64,000 nucleotides of DNA from Gammaproteobacteria bacterium. GTDB lineage: Bacteria > Pseudomonadota > Gammaproteobacteria > JACCXJ01. The notes under the pieces are model-generated. The model was given only the letters and a program-made list of their open reading frames with translations. It ran no database searches and was not told the DNA's origin. Location of the stretch: the NCBI GenBank assembly GCA_050740455.1, contig JBOIDF010000002.1, positions 35,642-99,641 of the forward strand, given 5' to 3'. The position numbers and the translations under genes were made by a program. Each line of letters starts with the position of its first letter. Positions within the stretch are counted from its first letter, which is position 1. Shown in pieces: positions 49,906-58,242 of this stretch.

Positions 49906-51486
49906 ATGAACCCCAACATCATCCCTGGATATCGAATCGAGCGCCGCATCGGCAAGGGTGGGATGGCCTCCGTGTACCTCGCGATTCAAGAATCGCTGCA
50001 CCGCGCGGTGGCCCTCAAGATCCTAACCAATTTTGACTCCCCGGAATTTTCCGAGCGGTTTCTCAACGAGGGCCGCATCATCGCGCAACTTTCGCATACG
50101 AACATCATTACCATTCATGATATCGGGATCGCGAACGGGCTGCATTATATCTCGATGGAGAATATCGAGGGGGGCGATCTTAAGCAGAGACTCAAAGGCG
50201 GTCTCGGCCCGGCGTTCGCCCTCGATGTGATCGAGCGGATGGCGAGCGCCCTCAAGCTCGCGCATCGAAGAAACATGGTGCACCGGGACGTGAAACCCGC
50301 CAACATCCTGTTCCGGGATGACGCCACGCCTATTCTCACCGATTTTGGGATCGCCAAGCAGGTCGGCCTGGAAAAGAATGTTACCCTCACCGGAACGATC
50401 CTGGGCAGCCCGCACTACATGAGCCCCGAGCAAGCCCAGGGTAGAGAGGTCGATTGCCGCTCCGATATCTATAGCCTCGGTATCGTGTTCTACGAGATGC
50501 TGACCGGCGTAAAACCTTTCGACGACGAGTCCGATATCAAGACCATCGTAAAGCACATGAACGAGCCGATGCCGGCCTTGCCCGAAACGCACGCGCACTT
50601 CGAGGAGATCGTCGGGCGCATGACGGCCAAACGGACCGAAGATCGATATGCGGACGCCGACGAGTTGCTGACTCACTTGAAAGACCTGCGAAACCGGCCC
50701 GCGCCGCTTAGCACGGATACCAAAACGATCGTGCTGGCCCCCGCGGTCACGGCCGGCGAAGGGGTGCAACAAAATGATGCTCCGCCTCCCGGGAATGTTC
50801 ACGTTCAACCCTCCTGGGGGCGCCGTGCCGTCTGGAGCGCGCTCGGGATCGGCGCCGCGATCGCCATCCTCGCCGGCTTCGCGACGCAACGCGCCGCCGC
50901 GCCGCCGCCGGCGCTAACGGAAAACCCGCCCGCGAGCGCGCCCGCCGCGGTTCCGGTGGTGTCTGTTCCGAGCACTGTGCCGGCTGAACAATCGAGTAAA
51001 GCCGACGCATTATTCGAAGAAGGTATGGCCTACCGCAATGGCGAAAAAACGCCCGTAGACGATAACAAGGCCTTCGCTTCGCTCCAACAAGCGGCGCGAC
51101 TGGGCCATGGCAACGCGCAGTACAATCTGGGGCTGATGTTTGGGCAGGGCCGGGGAACGGCGCAAAACCACGCGTACGCCGTGCGTTGGTATCGCGAGGC
51201 GGCGATGCAAGGCGTAGCCGACGCTCAATACTTCTTGTGCTTATCGTATGCCGTCGGCCGCGGCGTCGATCCGGATCGCGTGCGCGCCTACGCGTGGTGC
51301 GAAGTAGCTGCTAAGCATGGTTCACAGGACGCCCACGAGCCGCTCAGACTGCTTAAGGAAACAGTACAGGGTCCGAGTCTAATTGCGGCCCAGCGTACGG
51401 CCGAGGAGATCTTGACGGAAATCGCCGCAGCGGCCGGAGCGAGGAAATTGACCTCACCGAATGCCTTGTCCGCCCGGCAGTTCTAG
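49906..51486 (+). CDS. Hanks-type serine/threonine protein kinase with TM helix and extracytoplasmic Sel1 repeats
   Basis: Kinase subdomains (IGKGGMASVY, VALK, HRDVKPANIL, DFGIA, GSPHYMSPEQ). TM segment (AVWSALGIGAAIAILAGFA). Three Sel1/TPR-like repeats (AQYNLGLMFGQGRG..., AVRWYREAAMQG...). Confidence 0.8.
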   Translation: MNPNIIPGYRIERRIGKGGMASVYLAIQESLHRAVALKILTNFDSPEFSERFLNEGRIIAQLSHTNIITIHDIGIANGLHYISMENIEGGDLKQRLKGGLGPAFALDVIERMASALKLAHRRNMVHRDVKPANILFRDDATPILTDFGIAKQVGLEKNVTLTGTILGSPHYMSPEQAQGREVDCRSDIYSLGIVFYEMLTGVKPFDDESDIKTIVKHMNEPMPALPETHAHFEEIVGRMTAKRTEDRYADADELLTHLKDLRNRPAPLSTDTKTIVLAPAVTAGEGVQQNDAPPPGNVHVQPSWGRRAVWSALGIGAAIAILAGFATQRAAAPPPALTENPPASAPAAVPVVSVPSTVPAEQSSKADALFEEGMAYRNGEKTPVDDNKAFASLQQAARLGHGNAQYNLGLMFGQGRGTAQNHAYAVRWYREAAMQGVADAQYFLCLSYAVGRGVDPDRVRAYAWCEVAAKHGSQDAHEPLRLLKETVQGPSLIAAQRTAEEILTEIAAAAGARKLTSPNALSARQF

Positions 51487-51512
51487 GACAGGACGCCGTG
51501 ATCTTCAGCAGG

Positions 51513-53027
51513 CTATGGCACGCGATAGACGAAGAATTCCCGTCCCCGGCTCAACGCGGCGTTAAACGGGGGGTAGACGAAAATACTGCTGGTGGAACGA
51601 GGATCCAACAGCAAGGGTAAGATCAAACCCTCCGGCTGGCGCGCTTCGATCCACAGATCGCCCGGTTCTAAGAAAAGCTCGACCGGGTACGCGTGAATAG
51701 CCGCCGGCTCGCCTGGTTTCAAGGGCTTGCCATCCGCTTTTATTTTCTGCGCATTCACGGCGAGCTTGCGCCGGTTTGTAATTTTCTTATACCGGAGATG
51801 GTGCCGCGTTAAAACCGCCGCAACGGGTTGCTCATGGGCCGTGACGACATAGGCTTGCGGTGAGATTAATCTATGCGCCGTCGCTACTGCGCGATGATCG
51901 TCGAACCACCGCTTCTCCGCCACACCCGTATCGCGCCGCCGCAACTGCAAGGAGATGCGCGGTTGGGTTTTATTTCTTTCATACGCCGTGTACAAATACA
52001 CTGATCGGGGCATAGGCGCCGTTCGGACCGTGCGTGTTATTCCCATGATCGCCTGTGCATGCGCGCGCACCACTTTCAGGAAACTTTCAATACTGAGGAT
52101 CTGCTCGGCAACGCGCTCGCGGATGTTTCGATGCGTCCGGTAGTTCCCCGGCGGATCCAGGCGATTCTCGAGCAGAAACGAAAAGGCGCCCAGCATTCCG
52201 GCCTTGTTACGCAAGTTCTTCAGGGACAAGCCACCGTTGGTAATCGGCTGGCGAATACTCGTGATCTCGCCGATGTAACGCTGAGCCGGCAAGCCCCGTC
52301 GTCGAACTTCGCGGACGATTTCGGGCAGCATGCGGTCGAGACTCAGGCGCCTGATCTCGGGCGCGATGTTGGTATTGTTGCCGATCTCGAACTGGGCATT
52401 GAAGTCCGTTAGGTAGCCCTCACGGCCCAGGGTTTTCTTTTTCAGGATGGCGGATTCATGGACATCGAGCACGACTTCCGGCCGTACGCGCAAGAGCAGA
52501 TCATTGATCGCGCGGCTTTCGGGCTGGGACAAGAGCACGAAATCGGTGCTCAGATTCACATCATTGGCGTTGACGCGCCGATGGAGATCACGTCCGTCCG
52601 GGTTGGCATTCGGCACGATGATGAAATCCGCCCCATCGAGCAGCGAGCTCATGCCGCCCAACGCAACACTTCGCGCGACCAGCAGTAGCGCCTCCCCGCC
52701 CGAAGGTTCGGTTCCGTGCTGCGTGCCGACGAGCAAGATAGTCAGGCGCGGTAATGAAGTGTTCTTGCTGGCGCGCACGGGCGGTGGCTTGGAAATCCAT
52801 ACGGCGTCGATAGGCCGCCCACCGGCGGAGCGGCCTATTCGTTCCTTATGAACGAAAGGCGAAAGCAATGCGAGTTGCTCCAAGAACTTGCTGACTTCGA
52901 CGGAGGTGGTCAGGCGCATATAGCCACTGCGCTCCAACGCGCTGGCGGGGGCGCGCGGATCGCCCGCCGCTGCGATCGAGAACAGCAGGGCGAACGCGAG
53001 GCCGGCAAAGCGCAAGCGTGAGTTCAT
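51513..53027 (-). CDS. Secreted M14-family zinc carboxypeptidase-like protein
   Basis: Signal peptide. Zn-binding H-x-x-E (GTQHGTEPSG) and a downstream His (DVHES). 504 aa. Confidence 0.6.
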   Translation of the reverse strand: MNSRLRFAGLAFALLFSIAAAGDPRAPASALERSGYMRLTTSVEVSKFLEQLALLSPFVHKERIGRSAGGRPIDAVWISKPPPVRASKNTSLPRLTILLVGTQHGTEPSGGEALLLVARSVALGGMSSLLDGADFIIVPNANPDGRDLHRRVNANDVNLSTDFVLLSQPESRAINDLLLRVRPEVVLDVHESAILKKKTLGREGYLTDFNAQFEIGNNTNIAPEIRRLSLDRMLPEIVREVRRRGLPAQRYIGEITSIRQPITNGGLSLKNLRNKAGMLGAFSFLLENRLDPPGNYRTHRNIRERVAEQILSIESFLKVVRAHAQAIMGITRTVRTAPMPRSVYLYTAYERNKTQPRISLQLRRRDTGVAEKRWFDDHRAVATAHRLISPQAYVVTAHEQPVAAVLTRHHLRYKKITNRRKLAVNAQKIKADGKPLKPGEPAAIHAYPVELFLEPGDLWIEARQPEGLILPLLLDPRSTSSIFVYPPFNAALSRGREFFVYRVP

Positions 53028-53063
53028 TTATTTATCACCGACGCGCCGGGCGCATCTCGACGC

Positions 53064-54806
53064 TTAGCCAGCAGCCTGTGCCTCGCGCAGGACACGGCGA
53101 AGAATCTTGCCCACGCTCGACTTTGGAAGCTGGTCGCGAAACTCGATATGTTTCGGTAGCTTGTAAGTGACGAGATTTTCCTGGCAATGCGCGTGCAGCT
53201 CTTGCGCGCTCAGTGCCGGATCGCGACGCACGAGTACCAGCTTGACGGCCTCGCCGGTGTCCTCATCCGGCACCCCGACCACCGCCGCCTCGAGAACCCC
53301 TGGGTGCGCCATTACGACCTCCTCGATCTCGCTGGGACAAACGTTGAATCCCGACACCAGGATCAGGTCTTTCTTGCGATCTACCAAACGCATAAACCCG
53401 CGCTCATCCATGCTCGCGATGTCGCCCGTCTTCAGCCATCCATCGGAGGTCAGCACTCTAGCCGTCTCGGCGGGCTGATTCCAATAGCCCTTCATTACTT
53501 GCGGACCGCGGATCCATAGTTCCCCGACGCTTCCCAGCGACACCGGCGCTCCGCTGTCGTCACGAATGCTGCATTCGGTCGAAGACACAGGGAGGCCGAT
53601 GCTGCCGCTGAACTCCTTGAGGTCCAAGGGATTCACGCATGCCAAGGGGGAGGTCTCCGTCAGGCCGTAACCCTCGATCAATATACAATTCGTTATTGCT
53701 TTCCAGCGCTCGGCGATAGCGCGCTGGACGGCCATGCCTCCGCCCACACAGACCTTGAGACTGGAGAAATCGAGATCCCTGAACCCCGGCGTATTCATGA
53801 GGTGATTAAATAGGGTGTTGACTCCGGTGATGCAGGTAAACCTGGACGCGCGCAGCTCACTTACAAATGCTTTTAGATTGCGGGGGTCCGTGATCAGGCG
53901 ATTCAACGCGCCGAGCTCGAGAAAGGTCAGGCAGTTAATCGTGAACGCGAAGATATGATAGAGCGGTATCGCGGTAATCACGACTTCGTCGCTATCGCCC
54001 ATGATGGGATCGTGCCACGCCAGCGATTGCAAGGTATTTGCGACCAGATTTCCATGCGTTAGCATCGCGGCTTTAGGGATAGCGGTCGTCCCACCGGTGT
54101 ACTGCAGCATGGCGAGGTCGGCGTGACCGATCGACACCCGATCGAGTTTGCGTCCCTTACCGATGTCAAGGGCTTCCCTGAAACCGAATGCTCCTATGAT
54201 CTCATGCTTAGGTACGAGGCGCTTGATTCGCTTTACCACAAAGTTGATGATCGCGCGTCGCGGCCAGGGCAGAAGGTCTCCCAGATCGGTGATGATGACG
54301 TTTTCAACACCAGAACCAGATAGAGCTTTCTCCAACACATGGGCACAATTGCTCAGGATCACGATGGCCGAGGCGCCCGAGTCCACAAGCTGGTGATGCA
54401 GCTCGCGGGGCGTATACAAGGGATTTGTGTTCACGACGATCAAGCCCGCTCGCAATGCCCCAATGAGCGCCACAGGAAATTGAAGCAGATTCGGTAGCAT
54501 GATGGCGATGCGGGCGCCGGGTTTGAGGCCGAGAGGGTCTTGCAGGAACGCTGCGAACGCCCTGCTCAGCTCATCGAGCGCGGAATAGGTCAGGACGCCG
54601 CCCATGTTCGCGAATGCGGGGCGCGTACCATGGCGAGCAAAACATTGCTCAAATTGGTCCACCAGCGAGGAGTATCTTTCGATACCGATGTCGGCCGGTA
54701 CGCCTTGCGGGTAGGCTTTCAACCAGATACGTTCGGCGTACGGATCGGTTCCAGCCGGGGTGGCGACCGATGAGCCGCTAACCGTGTTATAAGCTAAACC
54801 CGTCAT
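53064..54806 (-). CDS. fadD: Long-chain-fatty-acid--CoA ligase
   Basis: 580 aa AMP-binding enzyme (YTGGTTAIPKAAMLTHGNL, GYGLTETSP, C-terminal LPKSSVGKILRRVLR) with a FadD-type insertion. Confidence 0.85.
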   Translation of the reverse strand: MTGLAYNTVSGSSVATPAGTDPYAERIWLKAYPQGVPADIGIERYSSLVDQFEQCFARHGTRPAFANMGGVLTYSALDELSRAFAAFLQDPLGLKPGARIAIMLPNLLQFPVALIGALRAGLIVVNTNPLYTPRELHHQLVDSGASAIVILSNCAHVLEKALSGSGVENVIITDLGDLLPWPRRAIINFVVKRIKRLVPKHEIIGAFGFREALDIGKGRKLDRVSIGHADLAMLQYTGGTTAIPKAAMLTHGNLVANTLQSLAWHDPIMGDSDEVVITAIPLYHIFAFTINCLTFLELGALNRLITDPRNLKAFVSELRASRFTCITGVNTLFNHLMNTPGFRDLDFSSLKVCVGGGMAVQRAIAERWKAITNCILIEGYGLTETSPLACVNPLDLKEFSGSIGLPVSSTECSIRDDSGAPVSLGSVGELWIRGPQVMKGYWNQPAETARVLTSDGWLKTGDIASMDERGFMRLVDRKKDLILVSGFNVCPSEIEEVVMAHPGVLEAAVVGVPDEDTGEAVKLVLVRRDPALSAQELHAHCQENLVTYKLPKHIEFRDQLPKSSVGKILRRVLREAQAAG

Positions 54807-55025
54807 GGCAATACCCCCTATACCTAACCCGGCATAGCCGGAACCAAAAAGTTGGACGACTTCTCGATCACCTTGAAACCCAATGGTAACGCGGGTTTCC
54901 AGAAGCGACCAAAAAAATCTTGCGCAAAAATAATAAGATTTGAGCTATAAGGGACTAAATGTCCAGCGCCGACTGCTCAGTATAAATAATGTGCAATTTA
55001 GCACTCTGAGGTCCACGCTACATAC

Positions 55026-55781
55026 ATGGACCCGAAACCCATGGCTACGCCTGCGCCAACGGCCGTAGCGGTCAAGATACTAGTAGCGACATTATTACTC
55101 GTTATCGTAGCCTTGTTTTTTGCTTTCGGGTTTCATCGCTACTTCACGATCGACTATTTTGTGGCGCAGCAATCCGCCATAAGTAATTATTATGCGGTCC
55201 ACCCCGGACGAACCGCCGCGGCCTTTGTTCTCATTTATATTCTTGTTGCGGGCTTATCACTTCCCGGCGGTCTGGTGCTGACGGTGGTCGCTGGAAATAT
55301 CTTCGGACTCTGGTGGGGCACAGTGCTGGTCTCATGCGCCTCCACCGTTGCGGCTACCCTCGCGTTCCTCGCCTCCCGTTATTTCTTTCGCAACATCGTG
55401 CAACGTCATTTCGGCGACCGCTTACGATTCATCAATGAGGGGATGGACAAGGACGGTGTTTTTTATCTCTTCAGCCTGCGGCTATTACCTGTCTCCCCGT
55501 TTCTCGTCGTTAACCTCGTTATGGGATTGACGTCGATGTCCGTCACGAATTATATCCTGGTAAGCCAGGTGGGCATGCTCACCGGCGCCATCGTTTGCGT
55601 GAACGCGGGCACTCAGATCGCAAACATCGAATCCCTGGGCGACATTGTATCACCCGGACTGCTCGCGTCGCTTACACTCCTAGCCATCTTCCCTTTTATC
55701 GCCAAACGCATCGTGCGCGGGCTCAAAACACGGATCGAAAAGCTTAGAAGGCCAACGGGTACGCGTACGCGTCGTCTTTGA
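55026..55781 (+). CDS. DedA/TVP38/TMEM64-family membrane protein
   Basis: Multi-TM protein with the SNARE-associated/DedA core (FLASRYFFR...FSLRLLPVSPFLVVNLVMGLT). Confidence 0.7.
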   Translation: MDPKPMATPAPTAVAVKILVATLLLVIVALFFAFGFHRYFTIDYFVAQQSAISNYYAVHPGRTAAAFVLIYILVAGLSLPGGLVLTVVAGNIFGLWWGTVLVSCASTVAATLAFLASRYFFRNIVQRHFGDRLRFINEGMDKDGVFYLFSLRLLPVSPFLVVNLVMGLTSMSVTNYILVSQVGMLTGAIVCVNAGTQIANIESLGDIVSPGLLASLTLLAIFPFIAKRIVRGLKTRIEKLRRPTGTRTRRL

Positions 55782-55929
55782 CAATCACGGCGAACGGTTC
55801 GTGGTCTCCCCCGGTCACGAAGAGCAAGGGATCTTCCTTCGCTCGCTGACGATTTCTTCACAAACTCTGAGGCCGGGATCCCGGCCTATCGATCGTAGTT
55901 GTCCCTTCGACACCGCGGCCAAGTCGCCC

Positions 55930-56736
55930 TCAATCAAAGCGCGCATCCTCACGCCCCTGCGCTTGCTCAAGGCCGGTGATCGAATCTTTCCCGGTAATCC
56001 CAGTGAACACCGCTCCGCCAATCAGTGTCCGGTCGAATTTGGCGCGCGTAAGCACGGCGTTGGTGAAATCGGCGCCGCGCAGATCGCAGGTAGACAAATT
56101 CGTACCGGTCAGATTGGCCCCGCTGAGGTTCGCGAACTTTAAAACGCAGCCCGATAGATCGGTCCCCGTCAAATCCGCTCCCTTAAGATTGGCGTTGACC
56201 ATCGATACGTGCAACTTTCCCATTGGCTGGTTCTTCATGTCCGCCGCGAATTTTCCATGCACAAGCTTGGCGCCTTCCAGGTTCGCGCGTTGCAAATCCG
56301 CGATGAGCCGTGCATTCGACAGATCGGCTCCCTTCAGATTGGCATCAACCAGCACCACACCGAAGATACTGGCGTTTTTTAGATTCGCACCCTCAAGGTC
56401 CGCGCTCCGGAGTATCGTGAGGTCCAGGTTGCAGCCTTCAAAGTTAGCACCACGCAGCTTGACTCCATGCATGTGGGTACCGAAGAGATCGGCGCGCTTG
56501 AAGTCCACTCCGGAGAGGTCGAGTCCGCGAAAGTCCTTGTCGCGCAAATCAACGCGTTGGGTAGCCGGCGGGTTTGCCAGGGCCTCAAGGATCTGCGTCC
56601 GAGTCATTGGCTCGTAATCCCTCCCCGAAACCGCAGAGGCCGCAAGCCAGATACCGGCAATGCATACGCTGGCCAGCCGAAACAACAAGTTAGATCTTCT
56701 TGATCCGGGTTCAAGGAATTCGCTTCTCATAGACAC
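55930..56736 (-). CDS. Secreted pentapeptide-repeat protein
   Basis: Signal peptide, then more than 30 tandem A(D/N)LxG-type pentapeptides (ANLKGADLSNARL..., ANLSGANLTGTNLSTCDLRGADF). Confidence 0.8.
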   Translation of the reverse strand: MSMRSEFLEPGSRRSNLLFRLASVCIAGIWLAASAVSGRDYEPMTRTQILEALANPPATQRVDLRDKDFRGLDLSGVDFKRADLFGTHMHGVKLRGANFEGCNLDLTILRSADLEGANLKNASIFGVVLVDANLKGADLSNARLIADLQRANLEGAKLVHGKFAADMKNQPMGKLHVSMVNANLKGADLTGTDLSGCVLKFANLSGANLTGTNLSTCDLRGADFTNAVLTRAKFDRTLIGGAVFTGITGKDSITGLEQAQGREDARFD

Positions 56737-56911
56737 TCCTCCATGCGGCAGACGTTCGGTTTATCATTGACAGTTGCATCTTTTTTAGGGTAGAAGGCGG
56801 ATTCATTCGGCAGAAATGTATTCTAACCGCGAAGCACAATCTCGGTACTGCATTGATTTTTCGGTGTGACAGATCGGGATTGGGGATTGGAATAAGGGAA
56901 GGTATTCGTTC

Positions 56912-57118
56912 ATGAGCATTCGTGACTGGTTCGGACGGTTCTCCCGATCAAGGGGCTTACGTATTTTCAATTATGCCTGGGTCATCATCACGCTGATTAT
57001 CTTCGGGTTGATACTGTACGGCCCACCGAGGCCGGATGCCCGAAACGCCGCATCCAAGAACACGCCAGTCGCGAGTGAACCGCTCTCGACGGAATCCGCC
57101 GGCGCAGGGACAAAATGA
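56912..57118 (+). CDS. Hypothetical small membrane protein
   Basis: 68-aa ORF with one predicted TM helix (YAWVIITLIIFGLILY), preceded by an AT-rich putative promoter. No homology recognised. Confidence 0.25.
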   Translation: MSIRDWFGRFSRSRGLRIFNYAWVIITLIIFGLILYGPPRPDARNAASKNTPVASEPLSTESAGAGTK

Positions 57119-57166
57119 GATTGCCTCCCCACGCCGCGTGCCGGGGGACGCGGCGACTCAGCGGCG

Positions 57167-57296
57167 AGTCAATTTAGATTTCGCCACCACGGGGTTGCAA
57201 CCCCGTGGGGCGACCAATAGGGGAGAGCTGCGCCTCTCCCCTTTGGAAACCCCATCGCTAAGGTCCCCGCGGCAAGACCGCGGGGAATAGATTTAA
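57167..57296 (+). repeat. Copy 2 of the roughly 130-bp triple-hairpin repeat element
   Basis: Matches 34179..34307 with a few substitutions that preserve the hairpins. Lies between convergent genes. Confidence 0.8.
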
Positions 57297-57297
57297 A

Positions 57298-58167
57298 TCA
57301 GGGAATGTCGGCTTTCGTATACAGCTTTGGATGGAAACGGCTAAATAGCCCCCTGCGTTGCACCCGTCCGTAGTACATCCTTAGCCGCGTAGGAACCAGA
57401 TTCATAAACTGCCGCCCGAGCCTTTTCAGGTAGGCCTCGGCGGGGCTGGCGTCGTGTTTCCAAAGCGTCACGTAGTCGCTTTGATAGACGCCTGTCGCGA
57501 AGATCTCCGCCCCCCAAAGCTTCTTGGCGATCACGGCAAGATAAGTCGGCCGGGAGTTGGTAAGCTCGACCCGGCGCTTGACGCGATCGGGGTCCGCGAC
57601 CTCAAACCAAGGCGCTCCCGCCCGGTCCTCGAAGACGAACATCTTAATGACGGCAAATCCGTTTGCTTGCGTGAAGATCCGATAGAAAAGCTCGGGGCTG
57701 AACTGATAGAAACCATGCCCCAGAAAATTGTTACCCGGAACGACCCCGATAAAATGCCCGCCCGGCTCAACCATCTGCATACAGCTTTTGATCGCGACAG
57801 GAAAATTAAACACGTGTTCCAGGGACCCGCTGTCGATTACCACGGAAAATTGGTTTTTGTATGACTCATCGATCGGCGCGTTTAAATCGACGATGTCCGT
57901 CGCGTGTTCGTAATCGGAGGCATCAAGAGAGCGGATGCGCTCCGCGCCTAAGAGATGGAAAAGCGGTTCCGCAAAACCCTGATTTCGGAGAAAACAATCG
58001 TTTACGGCGGCCACCGTGACTGGATAATCGAACTGCCCCAAAAGCTTATGCAACTCGCGCGAGCTCAAATGGAGTGTTTGCCGCCCGACCATGGCCGTCT
58101 CTCGGTACGAAACGCCCAGTCCGCGCGCGTACAGGAGCAAGCGCGTCGCGTGTATATCCAAACCCAT
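57298..58167 (-). CDS. Hypothetical protein with a degenerate methyltransferase-like motif
   Basis: 289 aa. FSVVIDSGSLEHVFNFPVAIKSCMQMVEPGGHFIGVVP resembles Methyltransf_11 motifs II/III, but the glycine-rich motif I is absent. Confidence 0.35.
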   Translation of the reverse strand: MGLDIHATRLLLYARGLGVSYRETAMVGRQTLHLSSRELHKLLGQFDYPVTVAAVNDCFLRNQGFAEPLFHLLGAERIRSLDASDYEHATDIVDLNAPIDESYKNQFSVVIDSGSLEHVFNFPVAIKSCMQMVEPGGHFIGVVPGNNFLGHGFYQFSPELFYRIFTQANGFAVIKMFVFEDRAGAPWFEVADPDRVKRRVELTNSRPTYLAVIAKKLWGAEIFATGVYQSDYVTLWKHDASPAEAYLKRLGRQFMNLVPTRLRMYYGRVQRRGLFSRFHPKLYTKADIP

Positions 58168-58242
58168 GGGGATGTTATTTCTTCACCAGCTGTTTTTCTG
58201 CAACCAGCGGCAGGAAACCGTGCGTGCGTCCGCGCAAGCGTG

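Noticed and set aside
50023-50889. 288-aa antisense ORF inside the Ser/Thr kinase gene
   Set aside because: The kinase frame has all Hanks subdomains. The antisense ORF lacks motifs.
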